A stretch of DNA of 64,000 bases from Lama glama (taxonomy: Eukaryota). This document shows positions 1-10,297 of the stretch, in pieces. The position numbers and the translations under genes are program-made. Below the pieces are notes generated by a model. It ran no database searches, was not told the origin of the DNA, and saw only the letters and a list, made by a program, of their open reading frames with translations. Positions within the stretch are counted from its first letter, which is position 1, and each line of letters begins with the position of its first letter. The stretch covers positions 14,262,001 to 14,326,000 of the forward strand of contig CM052816.1 in assembly GCA_028534125.1 (NCBI GenBank), written 5' to 3'.

Positions 1-153
1 TATATTCAGCGTCTTGTAATAACCTTTAATGAAAAAGAATATGAAAATGAAGATATGTATGTATATGCATGACTGGGACATTGTGCTGTACACCAGAGAC
101 GGACACATTGTAACTGACTATACTTTAATTCAAAAAAGGGGGGAAAAAAAAAA
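1..153 (+). mobile_element. LINE-1 3' end with A-rich tail (cut by window edge)
   Basis: tgctgtacaccaga...acattgtaactgactatacttt then A-rich tail, typical cetartiodactyl L1 terminus. Confidence 0.8.
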
Positions 154-1595
154 CTAGTTGAAAGGAAAGGCAAAAGGGGGCCTTGGAGGAAATGGCCCTC
201 TCTACGGTGGGAGACAAGATGTGTAGGGATGTGAGACAGGAAAAGGCCAAAAGTAGCAGAGTAATCTAAGAAGTACTGGAAACCTTGTGAGAGGGAGGTG
301 CAGAGAGGCAGGTAAAGGGGCCATGATGAAGAGCCGGGAAAGTAGCAAAGAATTTAAGGCAAGTGCAGAAAGAAAGAAGGCGAAGGATAAGAAGTTCAAA
401 GGACGCTTTGAAGACCTAAATCCACACGAATTGAGCGTATGGCAAATCTCCTCATACAATACATATGGCCCAAGAAAAAAGGAGGCCAGAATTTCAGCCG
501 ACAGAACTCAGGAAAGGAAATGAGAATCAGAGTTTATTGGATTTATAGAGTGTTTTGATGTGACTGAGTGTTGAAAAATTATTTGCCGGGGGAGGGAGGC
601 TTTGGTTACTTGCTGGTAAAGAACGTGCAATAATCCCTTTGATAGCAACCCGTGGGGATCACATGAACATGGGTATGTGTGAGGTCCTACAGAAACACAT
701 GATGGAATTCCCAGAAAAGCAAGAGCAAGTCATATTCTCATCTGGGCAGCAGGAATTTAGAATCGTCTGATTTATCAGGGATGGGCTAATGACAGCCTTT
801 AGGAAAGAAGGAATGAAGAAAGGCAGAATTTATGAAAGCTACATGGTCCGCATAAGGAAATAAATGTCCAGGTTTGAATTATAGGTTTGGCCTTTTAATG
901 TCCTGCCCTGGGATCCAGTGCTGTAGCTGGTTGGAGACCTGCAAAGAGCTGTCTTCTGAGTGCTGGGCCCTTTACCTACATAATCCCACTTAGAACTAAA
1001 AACAGCCCTGTGAGAAAATATTCTGGAACACAGATTAGGAAACTGAAGTTTGGGTGGGGCAAGCCAATGACCCGCGATTACACAGCTGGCACGTGGGGAG
1101 CCACAGGTCCAGCCCCACCAGTGGACTCATGCTCGCATCTCCCCTCGCAGTGGTTTTCCAGGTTCCAGCCTCACAAGTGCCCTGAGATGCTTTCCCTCCA
1201 TCCTCCTAGGTTCTTTGGGGCTGGCTTCCTCAGGTGGCAGGAATCTCTTTCCTTGGAGAGTACTTGGTTTTAGGAAGATCTTTAGTGCCCTTGTGGTGAA
1301 CTCTACTTTAGGGGCAGGTCATCACAACTTGAAAAGTGCAGAAAAAAAAAGTCTCACCTTTGACGCCAATTAGGCAGAGAAAATGATGGTGTGTTATGAT
1401 TTCTTGGACAGGAAATCTCTTTGTCTTATGTCCTGCCCTCTCTCTTGCCAGAATTTCCTTGTGCCCAGTGGCTCCTCTGTACAAATCCTGCATACATTAT
1501 AGCCAGCACAAGGTCATACATATCATAATCAGCTATCACAAATTAGTATTTATCAAATGAAGGCCTGAAACATCTATAGCTAAGAAGCCAGAGCA

Positions 1596-1747
1596 GGGCG
1601 GAGGGTATAGCTCAGTGGTAGAGTGCATGCTTAGCGTGCACAAGGTCCTGGGTTCAACCCCCGGCACCTCCATTAAAAAACTAAATAAATAAACCTAATT
1701 ACTTTCCACCCAAAAAAATAAAACAAACAACACCCCTCCAAAAAAAA
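1596..1747 (+). mobile_element. tRNA-derived SINE (Vic-1-like)
   Basis: A box TAGCTCAGTGG, B box GGTTCAACCCC, A-rich tail; TSD aagaagcca[g/c]agca at 1582-1595 and 1748-1761. Confidence 0.9.
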
Positions 1748-1769
1748 AAGAAGCCACAGCATTTCCATT

Positions 1770-2082
1770 AGCAAGATTAGTGAGTCCTAGCAATCACTAT
1801 ACAGTGCAGTGCCTGCAGTTAACAATACTGTGTACTTAAAAATTTGCTAAAAGGGTAAGTCTTATGTTATGTGTTCTTATCATCAAAAAATTTTATAATA
1901 ATAGTAAAAAAGAGGCAAGAAGAAACTTTTGGGGGTGATGGAGATGTTTATGGCACAGATTGTGGAGATGATTTCACAGATGTACACTTATCTCTGAGCT
2001 CATCAAGTTGCACACATTAAATATGGACAGCTTTTTGTATGCCAGCCATATCTCAGTCAAGTGGTTTACAACAAATAAAAAG
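1770..2082 (+). mobile_element. Old L1 (L1MA/MB-like) 3' end fragment
   Basis: gttaacaatactgt..aaaatttgctaa..ggtgatgga..catcaagttg..aataaa L1 3'UTR hallmarks. Confidence 0.75.
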
Positions 2083-5000
2083 TAGAAATCCAGATCAGAA
2101 GTATTTATAATATATAGAAACTCTCTTTTTCAGAGGTAGAACTTCATCACTTCTGACACACAGGTGCCTGTCTGAATTTCATCTGTAATTCTTTCCAAGG
2201 GAAATAAAACACTGTAGATGGAGGTGAAGCCAAGGCCACTTGGGACATGAAGATGTAGGGGAGGTGTCTTGGCCTCCCTTCAGGTGTCTGATGTCACCAA
2301 AGCTGCACTCTAGAGGGCCAGCCTGGGTACACTTATGACCTCTGTTTTGCCCTGTGTTCCTACAAGTTTTATGGGACGGTCACTAATAAACTAAGTGTGT
2401 AAATGCTCAACCGTCTAGTTAAGAAATAATAACTGCTTCTGGAGTTGACTTGCGCTACGTATTTCCTGCAAAACACACTTATTTACCTTTCCTTCTAATA
2501 AAATACATCCGGCAATAAATAAAAGGCAGTGAAAGTATCCATGGCCTGCTAGTAAAACTTGATATGTTTTAGTGACAATTTTTAGCATACTGTTTTTAGA
2601 TGAATCGGGTACTATTTGAAAATAAGCACCTAATGAGGACTTGATTGAGATCGGCACCAAGGACCAAACACAATAATTTGTCCTAAGTACAGTGTCTGTA
2701 CTTAGAGAATTCAAATGTCTCCCCTTGAAAAATCAAACTGCACTTTAAAATGGTCAATATACTTCTACCAACCAGCCACTTGTATAAAAACACCACCATA
2801 AAACACATTAGTCTTCTTATTTTTCTTAAGTTTAAACTACAGTCTAGTGAATTTAATCCATCACACTCTTACATAAATGCTACAGTGGAGGGGGAAGAGT
2901 CTTTGGAATTTCAGACAGTTGTTTCTTTTTTCTTTCTTTCTTTCCTTTTTTTTTCTTTGAAGAAAACCTCTCAAGAAGGTATCCAACCACTTCTTGGAGA
3001 CATAATCATATGGAAAGAAAAGTGATCCAAATTAAGGAGGAATTTTTTTTTTAAAAAGCCTTAGCCACTCTTCACATTTATTCTTCAGTTTAGGCCAATC
3101 CTCTTTTATAGGGGGCTCCGAGCAATTACCAGGCAATCTTATCCTGTGAGTCTAAAGGATTAAAGCAGAAGCAAAGAACAAAAGGAACCGATTTGCTACA
3201 CTCTTCCCCTGTCCTCTTAACAAATCAGACTTCATTTCCTCCGGGGCCTCCTTCCCCACCTAATCTTCCTTCTTTCTCCCATGGTCCCTTAGGGAAAGGA
3301 TTCTTAAAGGTAACATTAGGGAATGCCACCTAAACAAAATTCCTTCAGAATATACAAACATTGAAAATGACTTCAGAAACTAGAGGGTGCTTTTCTGATT
3401 CCTCATTTTGGAAATTCTGACAAAGTGCAACTCTTCTGATGACTGGATCTTAAAAAAAAAAAGTAGCAGGAGGTAATAAGCCACCCAAGTTAGGTTTACC
3501 AGACGTTTAGACACACTCCCTTTCCTCTTGCAGACTATTTAGGACAGTGCTTGCGGAAGGTCACCATATACATTAAAGGGAGCACAGCCTGGGAACTGCA
3601 GACGTGACATCTGTCAAACTTCCTGTTCCATCTGTCACCGACATGGGCCACATACAAACCTCAAGCGCTCTTGGCGACTTTAAGGGGCCTGCTAATGCAT
3701 TCTTTTTCCTTTACCCTTAAACCATTCCAAACAGAGGATCTACCTTATTTTTAAAGACCTCTAAGGAACAGTCCACAATCACTCGTAGCCAGCCAAGTAT
3801 TTAGAAATTATGTTTCCTATGGCTGTTCACCATTGCTCTGCAGACACATGCCTTCCCATAGTCCTGCTATAAAAAGAAAATATTGTAGCCATGAACTTTG
3901 AGAAGACCTACATGAAGACAAAATTAATCTTAATTTTAGCCAACAATCAATGCCATGAAAATACGCTAGTGAAAAATTAACTATAAGTTTAAGCGTAGGT
4001 ATACACGCTCTGCAGGTCTCTTCTATTCGGTTGTCTTCTGTGGAAAATGAACGTTTGAGAGGAGTACTTACCCGTTATCCTCATTTGGAAACTCTGTAGA
4101 ACTTCTGCAGGAACCAAGTCTGACCATTTATAATTCTACAAGATGGGTATCAGAAAAATATTAGTTTCAATACCTAAATCCAGGGAACTGCTAAATCACA
4201 GAAGGGCTTAAGGCCAAAAAAAGTTGGGAGACCTGCATATAGATTAAAACCCATTTCACACATACAGCCCCAGGGAAAACATATAAAACTACCCAAAAGG
4301 GGGCTTTTCTTACACACACGACTGTGGGTACACAGATTTAGGGTCTGAGAGTCACTGAGCCAAACCTAGAAAGAAAATGGACTAATTTGACTTCTTTAGC
4401 CCAGCAGTGCCCACTTCTTAGAACTATACGGTACCAAATGATGCTAGTGATAACAGGGGTGGTAAAAATATTTGTTCATCCAGTGGCTCGCTCAGTAATT
4501 CATCTGCAATCCCAGTTAAAATGTATACTGGAAATAAATCATGAATATACAAACCCTCAATGTTGATAATCAGAGGAAAAAACAACATACTAAAATGACC
4601 AGAATGACATCTAAACCCAGCGACTGCCAAACACAGCCGGAGAAATGGTTCTGTCAAAATAAAGATGTGGAAGCAGGAAGCAGATGGCAAAATTCTTTCT
4701 AAAACCTCACTTAAGGGAACATTTTAGGCATTTCTGACTGTCGTGCAAATGAAAAGGATGTTTCATCAAGTGTAACTCTAGCCGAGTTATGATAATAGGT
4801 TGCTCCAATCCTCTCTACTTGGCTCAGGAAGTAACTTAAATGGGCTTAAATGGGGGAAGCAGCTCTCAGTAGGGGATGTGAATGCAAACCCTCACTAGCA
4901 AGGTGAAAAATCAGTGCAGCTCTGAATTTCAGAAAAGAGTTGAGCTGAGTTTCAGAGTCAGAAGGCAGCACTTTCTTAGTTCTATAATTTAGCTGATAAT

Positions 5001-6826
5001 GGTTTGTGTCAAGAAATTAACTTCTCCTTCTCCATTTGAGTTTTCTTTTTAAAAGGTTTTTGACCCTATGGTGAACCTTCCAGACAACTAATGAATAACA
5101 ATGAATACTGTCTTCTCAGCGCTCCAGCACTCATCTAAGATTTAAAGTAAACCACTTTCCTCAGTCTGGGTGTCTATCAACCTGCAATCATGTATGGATG
5201 GGGAAAAGTTTGTGAAACATTTCATTTCTCACACAAATGATTAATCACTTTTAGAGCAGGATGAACAACATACAAAGCAGGGTTGGAGCTGCCTATTGCA
5301 CACAACTACATCTCAGTTTCTGACCTGGATGAAATCCTGCATAAACACAAGAAGTCTGTTTCATATATTCCATATTCAGGTTTAACAGGTTTGCATCTAA
5401 GTTTACGTCTTCCTAATTTGCCAACTGAATGAAAATGCTCAAAATCAGAAAGCCATGCTAAAGGAAACACCAGACTTTTAAGCAAAAATGGGTATTAAAA
5501 TACAACTTGGAGTAATACATCTATTCTACAAGTGACAAATTCTGAGAGGAACTGGAGGGCGAGAGAGACAATGCCATGAAGTGGAGGCTGGATTATTTCA
5601 AATTTCTAGACAGGGAAGCTGTCTTCAGACGGACAGCTCTCCATCCACAAATTGTCCAAAGAGCCGGTCTTTCGACAGGCGGTCAAGTTGTAGGTGATGC
5701 AATGAACTGGGTTATAGAAGAGCCTCTTTTTCGAATGATGCAAAATCGGTTTTCATACCTCTCTTTTCCTCCTGAAAACCTTTTACTCTTGACCTGAACT
5801 CACTCTCTCCTTCAGGAATTCCTGGTGTGTTTCTTTGAGATGTCCTCCACGTCAGCAGCAGCGCCTACAGAGAACCAGAACTCAGAGGCTCCCTGTCAAA
5901 GAGCGCTCCTTGTGGGTGCCCTAAATGAGTGCAACCATGTGTCACACCAAAGTACACGGAATAGACAAAGGGTGAGTCAAACCTCTGAGTACCTTACTTT
6001 AGTGTTGGTAGTTTAGCACATGCTCTCACTCAATCCACCTTACCAACCTCACAGACTCTAAATGCTATTTAGGCTTAAAGATATACAAAACGAGATTTTT
6101 TAAAAACAGACAAACCATCAACGGAAACATATTTGCATTTTGTTACGCCTCTCATCACCCGGCAAGTCATCTTCAGAAAGCCTGAAAAGGTGAAAATTTA
6201 AATAGCTAAAAAACATCAGCAGAACCCGGAAATTATTAAGCTACATCTTACATGATTTTTCTGTATTCATCATCAGTGTTTCACTAAGAACCAGATTCGG
6301 TCAGGTAGTAGGGGCCACATTTTTCATAGAATATTCCCTTCATTTTACGTAAATGTATAGTTCTATATCTATGCCTGGCACGTTTTAAGTTAAAATTTGA
6401 TCATCGGTGTTTACTAGCATCAGGACCAAGTGGTTTTTCAGTATCAACTATAGCAACCCCTCAAGGAGAAGAGGTCAGAAGAGGTGGTAGGGCTGGACTC
6501 AAAGCTGAGGCCAGCACTCCACTTGTGGGGTCTATTTTTGCCAATTCTCACCCAGAACCTTGCTACCTCAGGTAACCACTCAAGTTGAATTGTCACTTCC
6601 AATGGCCCTGAAACTCCCTTTCAGTAGTTACTTCTCCCTTTAAACATAGTAAAAGAATATAATGAAGGCCAAATTTCATCTGGGCTACTAATGACTCATA
6701 GGGAGACACAGCTTAAGTCAGACAATTTAGTTTGTGTAATACCAAATGGTAACAACAAGTAAGAGACATGAGGGACCTTTGTAGTCATGAATGAGCCCTA
6801 GCTGTCCCTTAGCCAGGTCAAGCCAG

Positions 6827-6832
6827 TTTATT
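6827..6832 (-). terminator. Candidate distal polyadenylation signal
   Basis: AATAAA on minus strand with downstream T/GT-rich tract (TGTCTCTTACTTGTTGTT); another AATAAA at 7313-7308. Confidence 0.4.
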
Positions 6833-8279
6833 CCATAACCTCACACAAATGACGGTGGTTCCTCAGTATCCTCTTTCAAATAATTTAAACATTCACCATT
6901 TATCTGAAAAGGTTATTCTTAATAATGAACCTACCAAAGGGAGACCGAAAAGAATGATAGAAAAAGACGGAAAGTAACAGTGCAGTACAAACATCTCCAC
7001 CGTAATAGTAAAGGACTCTAGGTAACATATGGTGCCATCTTTATGAGTCTGAAAAGACTTTTAGAACATTTAAAAAAGAGAAATCATCTTCCCAATTACT
7101 TGTAAAGCATATCAAACTGTAGGTTTACATGTGTCTAAGTCTTAAGGACCACCACATATGTAGAAATGAGAATTCCAGTCCTTGAATCTTCAAAGGCAAA
7201 TAAGGCACAAGGACCTGTACAGAATAAACACAAAGCAAAACTACAGTGTTTTAGGTAATGTGATTTAGGTCCCCTCTACTTTGTCCTCTCTGTTGCCCAT
7301 GTCCAAATTTATTCAGATGGTTAAGAGAGATATTCATTTAGAAACTTAGAACCTGATAGGCTATAAACTCTTCCAAACTCTACTACTGGTATAATCTAAT
7401 TCAAAATATAAAAACTTCTCAGACTTTCATAACCCCCCCCCCACACTCTTACCTATGGTAAAATATAACTTTTGAACAAGAACATGCTATACTATTATTC
7501 ATAGTAATCAGTAAATTTCGAGCAAGAATGATCATTTGAAATGTCCATCCAGGAGACACTCGGTTTTCCTGTTTGGCTTTCAAGTAACGTACACTTCTGT
7601 GCACTATATACTGACTCCCCTAAATTGCCTTCCCACGCTGATCCTGGATATTCACATGCAGCACGTAAACAAACATTTGCCGCTATTATATCATGTTAGT
7701 GCTGGTTTGTGTAGTGATCTGACCAACTTGCTACATTTTTTTTCTTTGTCTTTTGAAGAAGTCAAAGACAGAAAAGAATTAAATGGCTGGTATTACACGA
7801 AATACTGGTCTCTAAATTTAACACAACTGATACAAGAATAGACATCAGGAGGGATGGGAAATCTTTAGCGTCAACTGGGTGCTCAAAGGATTTAAACCTG
7901 TTGCTGCATTCAACTGAGAAAAAGGGCAAAGAGAGGGAACATGTAAAAAACATTAGAATTAAGTTATCTAAGATTACGTCTAAAAAAATGAAGCATAATT
8001 AGGAATTCCAGAATGGCTTAAGATCTCTACAATTCCTCCATATTTTAGTCCATATCTTTTGAATAACTACTTTTCATATACATTCTTTGGAGTATACTGA
8101 GTATGATAGGAAGAAAGAAACTTTCTGTGCCAAAAAAGAAGAAAAAACTGGCCCAAGATCGATTTTTTTGTGTTCACTGAATGATTCTGTATGAACCTGC
8201 ATGAATGAAGATTAGAAAAAAACTGCCTTAGCAATTAACAAGGGCAAACTAAGAAATTAAACACTCATCCACAGCAAAA

Positions 8280-9317
8280 GTTGCTACACAAGAGACGTTT
8301 ATTAATGTTTTGTTTATTTACAGTTTTAACATAGCAAACCAAGGAGAATTACCACTTGGCAGAAAGCACATCACTCTACATTTATAACACATTGGTCTCT
8401 GCTAACACGTTGTAAAAGCAAGGAATACAGTATGTTAGGGATCATCTCAAAAGTTCCAAGCTAATTCTTTCTTTGCTCCTAGTACCTAATCCCCTCCCTA
8501 CTCCCAGCCCCTGTTCTAATCATCAGGAGACAAAAGAAAAAGAAAAAAAGGGGTAGGGTCTATAATCATACAGAAAGTGTCAAGAATTGCATTTTAGTAA
8601 TTAGGCTGCATTTGTCCTTGTCCTTTCTATTTTATACAGTGACAACACCTTTACAATCCCTTAGGTACACAACACAGAATAAGATACTGCAAAATTAGAA
8701 TACAGACTATGAAAAATTAATGCTTATTATTTACCAATTAAGAATATATTCTTGACCACACCTTAAATGTATTTTGCACTATGATTTTGCTTCCAGGTGT
8801 TCACAGTACGATTAAATAAATTTCTAGATTAATTTTAACAGCAAAATGGATTATGTGCAGAAATGCAGTCATAACAAAAGTTTTAACTTTTGAGAAAACC
8901 CCTTTTAAATGGCCAGCATTATACATATCTTACACTAAAATATTTAATTCCAAATTCATTTTTGAGATGGAGGATGAATAAAGCAAGATTGCCCCCTACT
9001 GACTACAGGGACAAGGCTCATGCTATTTAAAATGACTACAAACGATAAGGCATTATTAATACATCACAGACTTGATTGCGAGAGCTTTTTCAAACATTAA
9101 CCACTAATGATTCAATGATTACAGAATTTTGCATTAACTATTAAAATTTTACACCTAGGAACAAATAGAGAGAAATGATCTTTTTCGACAGTACATTTTG
9201 TTTTTAAAGCAGGTAATTATTCCTCTGTGTTCTGCATCTTGATTCACTTCCTGCAGGTGTTCTCTTGCTTCTTGAGAGAGAATTCATAAATGCAGGAAGG
9301 CCTCTGCCAGAAAACAT
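8280..9317 (-). other. NDFIP1: NDFIP1 non-coding terminal exon 8 (3'UTR to proximal polyA site)
   Basis: Acceptor ccttctctggcag at 9319-9318; exon start ATGTTTTCTGGCA resembles the NDFIP1 3'UTR as I recall it; AU-rich, no recognisable repeats. Confidence 0.85.
8298..8318 (-). terminator. NDFIP1: Proximal polyadenylation signals (two AATAAA)
   Basis: AATAAA at 8318-8313 and 8303-8298, upstream TGTA, downstream GT-rich TTTTGCTGTGGATGAGTGTTT. Confidence 0.8.
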
Positions 9318-10166
9318 CTGCCAGAGAAGGATATTGAATATTGAAACTCTGGTTAGGTTGTTATTTTGGCTAAAAGAAGGATGTAGTCACAAAAGAAGGC
9401 AGGATGTTTGGAGACAAGAAGTACATTTTAACATAGCTTTAAGATTACTATACACTGACATCATAGTATTCAATAAACATTTCATTTTTGGTTCTGAAAG
9501 TTATCAAGGACTTTAGAACTAGAAAGAACCTAAATGCTTTCTCTAACACCCACGAGGTGAAGGGTCTCTCTCTCTAAATCTCCTAACAAAAGAACAGAAA
9601 GCAAGTAACACTTCCTTCATCCTACACTTAACCTCAACAGCAATGACTGAAACTTGGAGACAAAGAGACAGTAGAATCCAAATGCACAGATAATTTTCCT
9701 ACTACATCGAAAGATGTTTACGCTGCCAATTCTGCCAGATCTCACACAAGGAGGATTTTCAATAAGGATGCCAATGGTAACACGCTATACTTAGAGCAGG
9801 GCAAAGTAAGAAAATGACTGTAAACTCACAGGTACCACAAGTACTTCTCCTGATCAATTAGGAAAAAAGTGACTATATTTTGGGATATGTATCTCTGAGG
9901 GAAAAAAGACATACGTAGCCCCAACTAAGTTTAAAAAAGGAACATGTATGACTAAAATAAATGCTCTCAAAACGATGTCCATATACTTTGTTAAATGCAG
10001 TCTTCATCTAATACTTTGAGGCATTTCTGTATTGGCATATAAATTGGTTTGGTTCTGATGGAAATAACAGGAAAAAAATACAAGTAACTCCCTGTATTAA
10101 TGCTAACAAATAGTCTAAAGAGACACATCAACAACTTAACAAATATTTATTAAGAAACTACGTTGT

Positions 10167-10297
10167 GGAGGGGAGGGAATAGCTCAAGCGCTAGAGCACG
10201 TGCTTAGCGTGCATGAGGTCCTGGGTTCAATCCCCAGTACCTTCTCTAAGAAAGAAGAAATAAACCTACTTACCAGCCCCACAAAAACAACAACAAC
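10167..10297 (+). mobile_element. tRNA-derived SINE (Vic-1-like), intron 7
   Basis: ggagggaatagctcaagcg...ggtcctgggttcaatccccagtacc...taaacct tail. Confidence 0.88.

Noticed and set aside
202..1493. Short ORFs in the purine-rich region near the window start
   Set aside because: No recognisable protein similarity or exon structure; possibly an old repeat I cannot classify
1596..1672. tRNA gene calls for A/B-box sequences (also the other seven copies)
   Set aside because: They carry SINE tails, often TSDs, and are diverged from one another; these are SINE heads, not tRNA genes
4072..4104. 33-nt AG/GT-bounded microexon on the minus strand
   Set aside because: Downstream of all candidate polyA sites, short pyrimidine tract, no other support
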